Positions 17,601 to 28,106 of a DNA stretch of 64,000 bases are shown here, one piece after another (position 1 is the first letter of the stretch; every line of letters begins with the position of its first letter). The DNA is taken from positions 5,061,088 through 5,125,087 of the forward strand of contig OZ241983.1 in assembly GCA_965204355.1 (NCBI GenBank), given 5' to 3'. The notes under the pieces were generated by a model, which was not told the origin of the DNA, ran no database searches, and saw only the letters and a program-made list of their open reading frames with translations. This stretch comes from Candidatus Poribacteria bacterium (GTDB taxonomy: Bacteria; Poribacteria; WGA-4E; PCPOR2b). Position numbers and translations under genes: made by a program.

Positions 17601-20079
17601 TGTAACTTTTCTCATAAATGTCAACCCAGAGCGGGATCGTTGCGGTTGACGGTGGGGTGCACCGGTACGCATCACACGCCTGATAGCGAACATTTATGTT
17701 CAACGGAAACACTTTTTCGATTGTTTCACCCGGCTTCAACTTCAGCTTCATCTTGACCGTGACATCCCCTTCATATACGGAAATTGGGGTCTCGCTGAAA
17801 TCTGCGTGGAACGGTTTCCCCTCGGGGTATATGACCGACAAGATTTCGACGGACGCATCAGGACTGACGGACACAGTTGTCGGGATCAACAGATCCCACG
17901 AAGAGGGATTGGCGTTGATATGCCACCCTTCAGTGAGTTCAAGGTGTACCTCCACATCAAAGCCGTTACCAAGCAAGATATCCCTTTTCGAGGGGATGGA
18001 AGCTGCAAGCGTCAATACTTCGTCCTCGGAGGGCTGCGGGGCTTTTGGCAGTCCGAAGATATTTATTTTACTCGGCACCTCTCTGTTCAAACCTAATTGA
18101 GATGATTGTTCTTGATGTGCCTCCCCGACTTTGGTCCAGTCCGTCGAGAGATAGCGATTTGTAGCAAAAAGCATGTGCATAAAGGCGCCGGGCGACTGTT
18201 TCATCATCCCAGCGAAATTTTGAAGCGTTTTTTCTGCCTTATCCAGATAATCCTTCTTGTCAAGGTGCTGTGCGAGCGCGAGTAAGTTATTAGCCGCTAC
18301 AGCGTTCCCCGACGGGAGAGCGGAGTCGTAAGGATTTTTGGTGCGCACAACCAGATGTTTTTGGTTGGCAAGGGTAAAGTAGAAACCGCCATTTTTGTTA
18401 TCCCAAAACAGCAAATTCATTGTGTCGGTCAGAGACGCTGCTTCAGTCAACCAAGTTTCCTCAGCTGTTGCCTGATACAGCCCCAGCAGACCGCGAACGA
18501 GGAAGGCATAATCATCGAGGTAACCGTTATATTTGGCGACACCTTCCCTATAGGTTCGCATCAGCCGTCCCTCAGCTGTCCGAAGATATTTCAAATTAAA
18601 CCGGGCAGCTTTCTCCGCTACATCACGATACTGTTTATCCCCGAGGACTTTGTAGCCGTAGGCAAACGCATCAATCATTAAGCCGTTCCAACTTGCAATC
18701 ACCTTTGTGTCGAGTAGGGGTTGCTTCCGTTCTTCTCGCGCCGAGAGCAGTTGCGCTTTAAGCGGGTCAAGTTGGCTATGGAGCTCGTCCTCCGACTTTT
18801 TCAGCGATTTTGCGGCGCTTGAGAACGGGACAGGAAGGTAGAGGATGTTGGTTCCACCTTCAAAGTTAGGTCCCCTGTCCATCCCATAAACCTGCATGAA
18901 CAGGTTGGCATTTTTTCGCCCAAGAATTTTCTGAATCTGTTCCTTTGTCCAAATGTAAGATTTGCCCTCCTCCGCATCTACTTCCGCGTCGAGTGCCGAA
19001 TAGAATCCACCCGCTCCAGATGTCATCTCCCGCGAAACAAACCTGAAAATCTCCGCAGCTATCCGTCGATAGAGCGGATTTTTTGTGAGTTGATAGGTGT
19101 GCAGATAGACTTTCGCGAGGAGGGCGTTGTCATATAGCATCTTCTCAAAGTGCGGAACCAGCCACCTGGCGTCAACAGAATAACGGTGAAAACCACCGCC
19201 TATCTGATCGTACATCCCGCCGTAGGCCATTTTGTCAAGAGTATTCGTGACCATCTCAAGGATCGGCTTGGAGGGTTCACGTTCATACTCGCTCAACAAC
19301 AACTCCAGATTTGTGGGGCTCGGAAACTTCGGCGCACTACCGAAGCCGCCGTAAGTGGCATCGTACCTCGATTGGAGTGCTTTCACCGCCGCTGAGATCA
19401 GCTGCCGATCTAACGGCGTTTCCTCGATGGAAGCCGGGGCGGCAGCCGTTGCCTGTCTGATAACCTCTGTTATCTTCTCTGCCTGTACAATGACCTCCGT
19501 CTGTTGTGTTAGCCATACCTCACGAAGTGCGTTCAAGACTTTCGGAAAACCAGGACGACCCCGACTATCCTCTGGTGGAAAATAGGTGCCTCCGAAAAAA
19601 GGGAGAAGGTCAGGCGTTAAAAAAATCGAGTTGGGCCACCCGCCGGAACCTGTCATAATCTGGGTAGCGGTCATATAGATCTCATCTATATCTGGGCGTT
19701 CTTCCCGGTCCACTTTAATGTTGATAAACCACGCGTTCATCATCTTGGCTATTTCTGGATCTGAGAACACCTTCCGCTCCATGACGTGACACCAGTAGCA
19801 GGTGGAGTACCCTACAGAAAGGAAAATCGGTTTATTCTCAGCCTTCGCCCGTTCCAACGCCTCAGGACCCCATGGATACCAGTCAACCGGATTATGAGCG
19901 TGCAGCAGCAGGTAAGGGCTCGTTTCACGAATAAGCGCATTTGTCCACTTCCACGTGCCATCTGGGTTCTTGAGCGCTGCTTCGTGTGGATGCGAATCCT
20001 CGGCGGCGTGAACGAAGACACCAAAGCTGCTGGCACTAATGCAGAAATATACGAGTGAGGAAATTAAGTTCAATCGCAT
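17596..20079 (-). CDS. thioredoxin-domain protein of the DUF255/YyaL family with a six-hairpin glycosidase-like middle and a C-terminal DsbD-alpha-like domain; secreted
   Basis: An N-terminal signal peptide precedes [43 protein letters not shown] (thioredoxin-like, DUF255). The C-terminus [12 protein letters not shown] resembles the DsbD N-domain CxxxxxC region. Confidence 0.75.
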   Translation of the reverse strand: MRLNLISSLVYFCISASSFGVFVHAAEDSHPHEAALKNPDGTWKWTNALIRETSPYLLLHAHNPVDWYPWGPEALERAKAENKPIFLSVGYSTCYWCHVMERKVFSDPEIAKMMNAWFINIKVDREERPDIDEIYMTATQIMTGSGGWPNSIFLTPDLLPFFGGTYFPPEDSRGRPGFPKVLNALREVWLTQQTEVIVQAEKITEVIRQATAAAPASIEETPLDRQLISAAVKALQSRYDATYGGFGSAPKFPSPTNLELLLSEYEREPSKPILEMVTNTLDKMAYGGMYDQIGGGFHRYSVDARWLVPHFEKMLYDNALLAKVYLHTYQLTKNPLYRRIAAEIFRFVSREMTSGAGGFYSALDAEVDAEEGKSYIWTKEQIQKILGRKNANLFMQVYGMDRGPNFEGGTNILYLPVPFSSAAKSLKKSEDELHSQLDPLKAQLLSAREERKQPLLDTKVIASWNGLMIDAFAYGYKVLGDKQYRDVAEKAARFNLKYLRTAEGRLMRTYREGVAKYNGYLDDYAFLVRGLLGLYQATAEETWLTEAASLTDTMNLLFWDNKNGGFYFTLANQKHLVVRTKNPYDSALPSGNAVAANNLLALAQHLDKKDYLDKAEKTLQNFAGMMKQSPGAFMHMLFATNRYLSTDWTKVGEAHQEQSSQLGLNREVPSKINIFGLPKAPQPSEDEVLTLAASIPSKRDILLGNGFDVEVHLELTEGWHINANPSSWDLLIPTTVSVSPDASVEILSVIYPEGKPFHADFSETPISVYEGDVTVKMKLKLKPGETIEKVFPLNINVRYQACDAYRCTPPSTATIPLWVDIYEKSYN

Positions 20080-20299
20080 GTCAACGTTCCTTATTTTTAG
20101 AACTTACGCAGCTAGCTTATAAGTCCCCCTGAACCCCTCTTATCTTCTCCCCTTGTCAGGTGCTTGCATCCCGATTTATCGGGGGGGAGTGGGGGATTTA
20201 GGAGGTTAGGGGATTTATGGTGAATTCTAAAAATAAATAAACACGTTCGCCCCCGGTTTGGCGTGTCTCATTAATTCTAATATCCACTATATTTAATCC

Positions 20300-21439
20300 T
20301 TACAGATCAAGGATGGAACCATCAACATCGAAAGCATCCCATTTTCCGCGTGATGAATCGCCTGAAAGCGACCGAATATAATCTTCATTTAACGAAACAC
20401 CCCATCCTGGTCCCTCCGGCACTGTCAGATATCCGTCGACTGGGTTCTCTTCAAATCCAACGATGAGGTTCTTCCGCTCTGGGTTGTGCCCGTTGGGAAC
20501 TTCTTGGATAAGGAAGTTTGGCACGACGGTATCCAAATGCAGACAAATCACCGTTGATAAAGGGCTCAGCGGGTTGTGCGGCGCAATCGTTGCGAAAAAA
20601 GCGTCCGCCATCGCTGCAATTTTGAACGCTTCCATGATACCGCCGCAGGTACAGATGTCCGGCTGGACAACATCCACAGCCTCCTTGACAAGATACTCGC
20701 GGAAAGGATAGCGTGTATAAAGCCGCTCGCCGGTAGCGATTGGAACCCCCGCATTGCGACGCAGCGTTGCCATCGCATCAATTGATTCTGGGAGTATCGC
20801 CTCCTCGAAAAAGAGGATACCGTAAGGCTCAATCCGTTTCGCCATCTCCATAGCGTTGACGGGGTTCAGACGCCCATGTCCATCAATTGCAATCGGGATT
20901 TCATCGCCGACCGCTTCGCGCACCGCCTTGACTATCGCTTCGACTTTTTTACCGTGGGCAAGACTAAAAGCGGGGCCCGTCGGATCGAATGGCGTGAATT
21001 TCAGTCCGCCCCAACCCGCTTCAATGCGTTGCACAGCCGCCTCCGCCCAAGATTCTGGTGTGCCTCCGCCAATCCAGCAGTAAACCTTTATCTTGTGCCG
21101 GTACTTTCCGCCTATCAACTCATATACTGGAACATTCAGCGCCTTGCCTTTGATGTCCCAGAGCGCGTGCTCGATGCCGGACAACGCGCCGATGAGCACC
21201 GGACCGCCTCGCCAGAAAGCGTTGCGATAGATCATCTGCCAAATCTTTTCAATCTGAAATGGGTCTTCTCCAATCAGTACATGTTCAACGTCTCGCAATG
21301 CACCGATTAAGGCGCCCTCTTTCCCTGAACAAGCCGATTCACCAATACCGGTGATCCCCTCATCGGTATGTAGCTTAACGTAGATATACGCCCGCCCCTG
21401 ATATTGCGCGGGAAGAATTTCGAGTTGTGTAATTTTCAT
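20300..21439 (-). CDS. enolase-superfamily protein, mandelate racemase/muconate-lactonising type (galactonate/mannonate dehydratase-like)
   Basis: Begins MKITQLEILPA ... VKLHTDEGITGIGE. The sequence fits the enolase-superfamily capping and barrel domains over 379 aa. Confidence 0.75.
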   Translation of the reverse strand: MKITQLEILPAQYQGRAYIYVKLHTDEGITGIGESACSGKEGALIGALRDVEHVLIGEDPFQIEKIWQMIYRNAFWRGGPVLIGALSGIEHALWDIKGKALNVPVYELIGGKYRHKIKVYCWIGGGTPESWAEAAVQRIEAGWGGLKFTPFDPTGPAFSLAHGKKVEAIVKAVREAVGDEIPIAIDGHGRLNPVNAMEMAKRIEPYGILFFEEAILPESIDAMATLRRNAGVPIATGERLYTRYPFREYLVKEAVDVVQPDICTCGGIMEAFKIAAMADAFFATIAPHNPLSPLSTVICLHLDTVVPNFLIQEVPNGHNPERKNLIVGFEENPVDGYLTVPEGPGWGVSLNEDYIRSLSGDSSRGKWDAFDVDGSILDL

Positions 21440-21484
21440 TTTTTGATCCTTTGGATATGCTATTCATTAAGTTATGTTAAATTA

Positions 21485-21625
21485 GAGCAATAATGTAGAC
21501 ATTCACCAATCTTGGTCTCGCCTGCCCCGATAAGGGGGTTACATCCCAAGTCCCCCTGATAAGGGGGATTTAGGGGGTTGCTGTGTATTGGTAGTGCCTA
21601 AGCAATTCTAAAATCTGGCATAAAT
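21485..21625. repeat. MITE-like element, family A variant (ggggg core)
   Basis: Contains taatgtagacattcaccaat ... agtccccctgataagggggatttagggggtt ... taagcaattctaaaatctggcata. Confidence 0.45.
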
Positions 21626-21751
21626 TGATGAACCGCACACATTTTTTGCTTTGACAACTTGGCTGAAACCTTAGTACGATAGGGTTTTCCCAATTCAATG
21701 GACCGATTCAAATCTGATTAAGATTTCCAAAACGATAGACAGAGGTTTCAA

Positions 21752-22444
21752 GTGGCATCAAAGCAGACAGAATATACGATAATCTCTCAAATTCTGAGTG
21801 AGTATTTGGGGTCGCTGTTTCTCGTCATGGCAGCAATCTCGCCGATTATCCTTTTCCATCAAGTCCTGGAAGCCGGGATCGGTATGGCGGTACTTGCTGA
21901 TGCACTTGCCGTCGGGTTTATTCTTTTCGCCCTCATTGAAGTATTTGGACCTATCAGCGGTGCCCATTTCAATCCCGCGGTAAGCCTTGCAATGGTGCTT
22001 GGAGGTAAAATCAGTTGGAAGGGTGCGTTAATCTATATTATAGCACAGATCGCCGGTGGATTGACAGGAACAATCTTTTCGCATTTGATGTTCTATCATA
22101 AAATTCCCAAGCTGATCGCTGTTGCTGAAGTAACGCGCGCGGGAGGGAACTATTTCGCTGAGATTCTAGGCACCTTTATCCTTGTTCTCGCGATCTTTCT
22201 TTTGGTACACAATCAATCGGATAAACTTTCCTTGGTGGTTGGTATGTTAGTTGGGGGACAGTTGATTGCGACATCAAGCACTATGTTCGCCAACCCGCAA
22301 GTCACCTTTGCACGGATGTTCACCTACGCGGCGGCGGGCGTAAAACCCTTCGATGGCGCGGCGTTTATCCTGATGCAGATTATTGGTACGGTACTCGCTG
22401 TGTTGGTCTTCAGAGCGGTGACAGGGAGACGGGGTGAAGAGTAA
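21752..22444 (+). CDS. MIP-family channel (aquaporin/glycerol facilitator-like)
   Basis: First motif is SGAHFNPAVS (NPA). The second motif is atypical: FANPQVTF (NPQ). The protein has six predicted transmembrane helices over 230 aa. Confidence 0.65.
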   Translation: MASKQTEYTIISQILSEYLGSLFLVMAAISPIILFHQVLEAGIGMAVLADALAVGFILFALIEVFGPISGAHFNPAVSLAMVLGGKISWKGALIYIIAQIAGGLTGTIFSHLMFYHKIPKLIAVAEVTRAGGNYFAEILGTFILVLAIFLLVHNQSDKLSLVVGMLVGGQLIATSSTMFANPQVTFARMFTYAAAGVKPFDGAAFILMQIIGTVLAVLVFRAVTGRRGEE

Positions 22445-22459
22445 CAGATCTCTCTCGCT

Positions 22460-23656
22460 TTAGTTATCCGGTGCATCTGGGGGCCAAGCATCCAATGTCG
22501 ATCCGCTGGGTTCTGGTCCCATTGGTCGAATCGGCAGCTGCTCGTATGAACGATAAGAGAGATCTGCCAAGTGCGGTGTTTCTAAGCGGATATGTCCCTC
22601 ATGCCTCGAACGCATCGCCGCGTCCAACACACCTGTCGTCAGCAGCGTCCGTTCAACGGGATATTGGGTAACCCCTGAAAGAAACATCTCTTCAATGTTT
22701 AGGCTGAGATAGCTAAAATGTGCATGGGGACCTCCACCTTGTAAACGAAACTGAGCGCCTTGAATCTCGCCATCGATCTGCCCGGCATAGGCAAAATCGC
22801 TGATGTAGCCGTTTAGCATCAGCACCGCCGACCTGAACCCATCGCTGTGTTCGAGTAGAAAAACGGCAGGATTCTCGCAATGGTCTGCCGGTCGTCCCTC
22901 CGGCTTGTCGGGGATTGGCGCACATGCAGCGGTCGCCAATTCGGGAGACCAACGTCCTTCCTCGCCCGCCTGCCAGACCGCATCTCCTTCCAAGCACTGG
23001 ACAGCGACCACACCGGACTCACCACCCGTGCGTCGCTCAATCATACACTGCAACGTCTCCAAGGCGTGGAAACCGTAGGACTCGATGCCGCCGTAGCCTA
23101 TCCCGATTGCCGCCTCGAGCGGGGTGTCAAGTTCGTACTCAAGGAACGGATTCCGCCAGCAGGTCGGCAGGGATGAACCCGCCATAAAGGGGACATTGAG
23201 CGCGTTAGCGCGGTCATACATCCACTTCGCATCTGGCCAATTATACGAGAGATGCTTGTCGCAGAAGGCGGGGACGGAGCGCCCACTCGATGCGAAGACA
23301 CCACAGATCTGTTCAAACAGATAACGGCGCGGATACATGTGCTGCTCAAGTTCGTTGTACGGATAATCGCCGTGCTCGCCAATCAGGAGGACACCATCAA
23401 CAGCGAGTTCCTTCCCGCCAAGCGTCAACGCCTGACGAATGCTCGGATAGATCGGCACATTGTGTGAAGCGGCAAGTTCACGTCCGATATCCCGTGGGTC
23501 AATCTGATCCAGATAAATCGAAACCAGATCGACACGCGGCTCCTGAAGGCCGTCATCGGTAGGAAATCCCTTCATATACTTTGTGGCGATTACGTCTGCG
23601 TGGGAGAGCGGAAAGTATGTGGTGATGACAGCTGCTATCTTTTTGCGCTTGGACAT
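22460..23656 (-). CDS. hypothetical protein
   Basis: The ORF is about 398 aa, has protein-like composition, and no motif was recognised. The start at MSKRKK is chosen from the ribosome-binding-site context. Confidence 0.45.
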   Translation of the reverse strand: MSKRKKIAAVITTYFPLSHADVIATKYMKGFPTDDGLQEPRVDLVSIYLDQIDPRDIGRELAASHNVPIYPSIRQALTLGGKELAVDGVLLIGEHGDYPYNELEQHMYPRRYLFEQICGVFASSGRSVPAFCDKHLSYNWPDAKWMYDRANALNVPFMAGSSLPTCWRNPFLEYELDTPLEAAIGIGYGGIESYGFHALETLQCMIERRTGGESGVVAVQCLEGDAVWQAGEEGRWSPELATAACAPIPDKPEGRPADHCENPAVFLLEHSDGFRSAVLMLNGYISDFAYAGQIDGEIQGAQFRLQGGGPHAHFSYLSLNIEEMFLSGVTQYPVERTLLTTGVLDAAMRSRHEGHIRLETPHLADLSYRSYEQLPIRPMGPEPSGSTLDAWPPDAPDN

Positions 23657-23883
23657 TGTGGGGTCCCCTTCGTTCAAAAGTGAAATGTTAAGAATGAAAC
23701 GGGAAACGTGAGGCGTGAAAACGGGAAAACCAGAAAACAGGATTGCTTCATCTGCTCACCCTCTCGTTTCCTCGTCCATTACCCCGATGATGTAATGCAA
23801 TTATTTAGAAACGGTATTAGATTTACGTGAACAGTGTGGGATTGTGTGCTATAATATTGTACAAACCGACATGGGAGGCTAAC

Positions 23884-24231
23884 ATGGACAAAGATACGCT
23901 GCAAATCTTAATTATGGTCGTTGGCTTTGCGATTACGATTATCACCTTTCTCTTGAAATTTCCGAGTCGAGATGAGATAAATCAGCGGTTTGATGATACG
24001 AATAAGCGACTTGATGATATGAATAGGCGATTCGATGATGTGAATCAGAGGATCACTGATATGAACCAACAGTTCAATGAAAGGATTGCCGATCTGAACC
24101 AACGGTTCGATGATATGAATAAACGGTTCGATGATATGAATCAAAGGCTCATTGATTTGAGTGCAGATGTGAGAAACATCTATCACATACTCATACAGGG
24201 AAAACTAGGAGAGTCAGAGAAAGACGATTAA
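23884..24231 (+). CDS. small membrane-anchored heptad-repeat protein (N-terminal transmembrane helix plus 8-9 copies of NxRFDDM)
   Basis: A GGGAGG ribosome-binding site lies 6 nt upstream of the ATG. The transmembrane helix is LQILIMVVGFAITIITFLL. Tandem 21-nt DNA repeats encode NQRFDDT/NKRLDDM/NRRFDDV ... NQRLIDL. Confidence 0.55.
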   Translation: MDKDTLQILIMVVGFAITIITFLLKFPSRDEINQRFDDTNKRLDDMNRRFDDVNQRITDMNQQFNERIADLNQRFDDMNKRFDDMNQRLIDLSADVRNIYHILIQGKLGESEKDD

Positions 24232-24638
24232 TCTCCCTCCGAATCACCAGTCGCTTCGTCACCTCACACGCTCCCACCGAGAAGTGGTAGAAGTAAACCC
24301 CACTTGTCATGCGCTAACCAGTATCATGCCAGTCCTCCCAAGAGATTGATTTGCGCAGAGAGAAACCGTAGAGGCGGGGCCGCCCGTAGGTGTCGAAAAC
24401 TCGGTTTCTATTACGTCATTTCTTTACTATCTTTAACGCAAGTTGCTAGTTAAATGTAGCGCAAACTGTTAGTTTGCGTCCTCGGATCACAATCTAACAG
24501 ATTGTGGTACAAAAGCCGCCTTTAGATGCTCCCTCCGCCTAGGGTGCCCTCAATCTATAAAGCTGATGAAACATAGAAACCATTGGGGAGAACCCTGATT
24601 CAGACAGCACCATAACTAGCAACTTAGGTTATCTTTAC

Positions 24639-24842
24639 TATAGTGAATTCTAAAAACAGATAGACACCTTCGCCCCTCGGTTTTGATCCCGATTTATCGG
24701 GGCTGGTAGGTGCGGTTTCTAACCACACCGCATTGCCCCCAGGTCCGGTAGGTGCGGTTTCCAACCGCACCGGTGCCGACTCGTCGAGCATCCTCGATAA
24801 ATCGGGATTTGGAGCGTCTCATTAATTCTAAGGTCCACTATA
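24639..24842. repeat. MITE-like element, family A, long form
   Basis: Contains tatagtgaattctaaaaacagatagacacc ... double ggtaggtgcggtttc(t/c)aacc(a/g)caccg hairpins ... gtctcattaattctaaggtccactata. Confidence 0.6.
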
Positions 24843-24859
24843 ATCAGAAAATGCTTTTA

Positions 24860-25786
24860 TCAGCCCTGAACGACGGGATTCCTCAAAACACCGATCTTCT
24901 CGATCTCGACCTCAACGACATCCCCATCGACCAGTTTCTGATCGGGATGTCCAACGCCTGCGGGTGTACCTGTTGAAATAATATCGCCCGGTTCAAGCGT
25001 GACTAACGTTGAGGTGAATTCCACGATTTCCGCACAGTTAAAGATCATGTGTCCCGTATTGGCATCCTGCTTGGTTTCGCCGTTGACGCGACAGGAGATA
25101 CGCAGCGTGCCCGGATCCGGGATTTCATCCTTTGTCGTGAGACAGGGACCCACCGGCGCAAAGGTGTCGAACCACTTACCATTTAGCCAATCAAACCACT
25201 CGTCACCCTCTCGGTCTACACGACTGTCCTTCACCTTCAGCTCGCGCTCCGAAACGTCATTGACCGCCGTATAGCCTGCAACATAATCATAGGCTTCATC
25301 GGCGGAGATGAATTTCCCGCGCTTGCCCATAACGATACCGATCTCCGCTTCCCAGTCGGTAAAAACGCCGTTAGGTGGAATAATGATCGGTTCTTCATGT
25401 GCAACTATGGTTGTCGTCGGTGGTTTCATGAAAACGCGTGGTGTTGTCTCCAATCGGCTCAACGCAACCCCGCCGCCTTCCTCGATATGCGAGGCATAGT
25501 TCCCGGCGAGCAGCAATAACTTCTTCGGATTGGGAATTGGTGACAGGAGCGGATCTGTACTCCAAACCGCTTTCTCTGGATTTTCCGCTGCTACGTTAAT
25601 CGCATGTGTGGCGGCGTCAAATCCCCTCTGTCCAGCTTCGAGAAATGCGATCATACCGCTCAAGAGCGCAGGCAATGCATCATCTGTGACCGCTGCTTGA
25701 TAGGTAGCTTGCAGGTCTAAAACCTTATCATCAACTAAAGCGCCCAGTTTGGGTCCATCGGAACTTTGAAAACTTACTAATCTCAT
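24860..25786 (-). CDS. fumarylacetoacetate hydrolase (FAH) family protein
   Basis: Contains the FAH-fold motifs ... GYTAVNDVSERE ... and a Mg-binding E/D pattern. The protein is 308 aa. Confidence 0.75.
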   Translation of the reverse strand: MRLVSFQSSDGPKLGALVDDKVLDLQATYQAAVTDDALPALLSGMIAFLEAGQRGFDAATHAINVAAENPEKAVWSTDPLLSPIPNPKKLLLLAGNYASHIEEGGGVALSRLETTPRVFMKPPTTTIVAHEEPIIIPPNGVFTDWEAEIGIVMGKRGKFISADEAYDYVAGYTAVNDVSERELKVKDSRVDREGDEWFDWLNGKWFDTFAPVGPCLTTKDEIPDPGTLRISCRVNGETKQDANTGHMIFNCAEIVEFTSTLVTLEPGDIISTGTPAGVGHPDQKLVDGDVVEVEIEKIGVLRNPVVQG

Positions 25787-25802
25787 GAGATCTCCTTTAA
25801 CT

Positions 25803-26152
25803 GTTTTTTGGATAGGACTTACGCAGCTAGCCGTAGGCGGGGCATCCCCGATAAATTGGGATTCAGAGCAACTTGCCCCGCCCTGAAATACACAAGTCCC
25901 CCTGATAAGGGGGATTTAGGGGGTTAAAAATCAAGGCTCATGTAAAAAGTAAAGTGCAAAACGCGAATCGAAATCGTAGGGGCGGGGTCTCCCCGCCCGC
26001 AGTCCGTAAGGGTTGGGTGACCCAACCCCTACGAAGATTCGGTTGCTGTTGCACGCCCCGATTCTCGGGATCCCGAGAATCGGGACTTTCTTAACATGAA
26101 CCAAAATCAAAAATCTACCCTCCGTGTGCTAAATTTGCGTAAGTCCTGTTGG
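25803..26152. repeat. nested composite repeat: a family C element inside a family D element
   Basis: The D ends are gacttacgcagctagc ... aaaaatcaaaaatctaccctccgtgtgctaaatttgcgtaagtcc. They enclose the C element gtgcaaaacgcgaatcgaaatcgtaggggcggggtctccccgcccgc ... cggttgctgttgcacg ... ttcttaacatgaacc. Confidence 0.5.
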
Positions 26153-26236
26153 ATTGAAATTACTTGCAAATGTAAACTATAAAGCCAAGACGCACCTTTA
26201 CATTATAAAGTGCGTGTAGATCCGTTAAAATTCGAT

Positions 26237-27061
26237 TCACTTCCCTCTATTCCCCTCAAGCCAATCAACCGCAAAGTCCACGACAACGCGCTGTGGCATT
26301 AGTTGGCAATTTGCAAGCCCAACCCTGCCGCGGTGCACTCCATATCCTATATCACTACGTAGAAAGTTCTCACCGATCTGCTCAAAATCTGAACTATCCA
26401 GATCTATATCTTCAAAGGTCGTCCATCTCCTTGTCCCTGCTTCCGAAATTGGGGCGCCCTCCTCTATCGTGCATTTGGTTGGAAAGGTAGCACGATATTC
26501 TGCAAGGTGCATAGATGTATTGCTGTCATGTCCTACACCGAGGAGAAGGACAAAACCGTCCAAATCATAGATTCTGGCAAGCGGTGAACCCTCACCCAGA
26601 CCGAACTTTAACGAATGGTCATCTGTGATATACGCTGCTTGATCTCCATGCGCGCAGAACGAGTGGTGTGGATGTGCGCTACGCAAGGCGCCCTTCTGCT
26701 TTCGGAATGTCTCTGCGACAACCCCCATTGATCGGGTGGGCGTCAGATCCGGCTGATAGGCTCGCATTGTCGCACGTATGACCGGCCACCACGATTCAGG
26801 GACAGGCGGATTTTCCCACCGGCTCGGTTCAGTCAAATCGGTCGAGTGGGCCGGCATAACAAGTGTTCCGGTTGCGCCTAAAACCTGCTGAAGTGCTATT
26901 ATGACCGCCACCGGTCCGCCACACACCCAACCTATCGCGCTCAGAGATGAATGCACCAACAATACCATTCCCGATCTGATGCCGAGGGCATTGAAAGCAG
27001 CCTGTAGCGAGTCAATCGTAGCCGGGACGTCTGTTTTTTGAACGATTTCACCTTGACTCAT
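26237..27061 (-). CDS. aminoglycoside N3-acetyltransferase AAC(3)-family homologue
   Basis: Contains LVHSSLSAIGWVCGGPVAVIIALQQVLGATGTLVMPAHS ... PSRWENPPVPESWW, which matches the AAC(3) family (Antibiotic_NAT fold). Confidence 0.7.
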   Translation of the reverse strand: MSQGEIVQKTDVPATIDSLQAAFNALGIRSGMVLLVHSSLSAIGWVCGGPVAVIIALQQVLGATGTLVMPAHSTDLTEPSRWENPPVPESWWPVIRATMRAYQPDLTPTRSMGVVAETFRKQKGALRSAHPHHSFCAHGDQAAYITDDHSLKFGLGEGSPLARIYDLDGFVLLLGVGHDSNTSMHLAEYRATFPTKCTIEEGAPISEAGTRRWTTFEDIDLDSSDFEQIGENFLRSDIGYGVHRGRVGLANCQLMPQRVVVDFAVDWLEGNRGK

Positions 27062-27263
27062 CTGTTCTATACCCAATGCCTAAATTGACTCATACAGGAG
27101 GCATCCAAAACGCAGGATAGGGATCAATGTGCGCCAGTACAACGGAGGGGATTATAGCAAATTCGTTAATTCAAGTCAACGACAATATGGTTGCAAAGAA
27201 GCAGAGGTATTCTGTATAATACGCTCAATTAACCATAACCCTAAACCATACACGGAGGATGCA

Positions 27264-27974
27264 GTGAAATTGAATAACGGAATTAAACTCACCTGGCTTG
27301 GACACGGCACCTTTACGACTGAATTTGAGGGACAGACCTGTCTAATAGATCCATGGGTAGCCAGTAACCCAGTCTGTCCGGATGCCATGAAAACATTTGA
27401 TAAACTCGATGTCATGCTTATTACACATGGGCACGCTGATCACACCGCCGATGCTGTTGACCTTGCGACGCAGCATTCCCCAACCGTTGTGGCGATGATC
27501 GAAGTCAGCGCTTGGCTCGCGAGTAAAGGGGTTGAAAACACAATCGGAATGAACAAAGGGGGCACCGTTTCGGTCGATGGACTGAGCGCGACTATGGTAA
27601 CAGCCAACCATAGCAGCAGCTTCACCGAAGAGGATGGCACAATCGTCTATCTCGGTGAACCTGCGGGACTTATCCTTGAGTTTTCAAATGGCTATAAAAT
27701 CTACCACGCAGGCGATACCAATGTGTTCGGCGATATGCGGATTATCGGTGAAATCTATCAGCCAGATCTCGCGCTCCTTCCAATTGGCGACCACTTCACA
27801 ATGGGACCCCGCGAGGCTGCCTATGCGATACAGCTACTCGGTGCGCCTGCTGTTGTGCCGATGCATTACGGGACATTTCCGCTCCTGACCGGCACCCCGG
27901 ACGCACTACGCGAACTGACCAAAGATCAAGTCGTTGAAATTGTCGAACTCCAACCGGGCGAAACTCTGGATTGA
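27264..27974 (+). CDS. MBL-fold metal-dependent hydrolase (UPF0173-like)
   Basis: Contains MLITHGHADHTAD (HxHxDH) and a GGAGGA ribosome-binding site before the GTG start. The protein is about 236 aa. Confidence 0.7.
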   Translation: MKLNNGIKLTWLGHGTFTTEFEGQTCLIDPWVASNPVCPDAMKTFDKLDVMLITHGHADHTADAVDLATQHSPTVVAMIEVSAWLASKGVENTIGMNKGGTVSVDGLSATMVTANHSSSFTEEDGTIVYLGEPAGLILEFSNGYKIYHAGDTNVFGDMRIIGEIYQPDLALLPIGDHFTMGPREAAYAIQLLGAPAVVPMHYGTFPLLTGTPDALRELTKDQVVEIVELQPGETLD

Positions 27975-28106
27975 AATGTAACAAACAATGGTGCTAGTTT
28001 GCAGTTGATGATACGCTTTCCAGCCAACGATTGAGAGTGAAACGTGATGCGTGAAACGTGAAAACCGGAAGTCTTGATTTGTTAATTTTTAAGGGGAGAT
28101 CTGAAA

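Noticed and set aside
26081-26160. The repeat-derived ATG at 26093 (ttcttaacATGaac), a possible small-gene start like the one at 51315.
   Set aside because: The downstream frame runs straight into the family D repeat terminus and ends within about 25 codons. No signal peptide or coding-like sequence follows.
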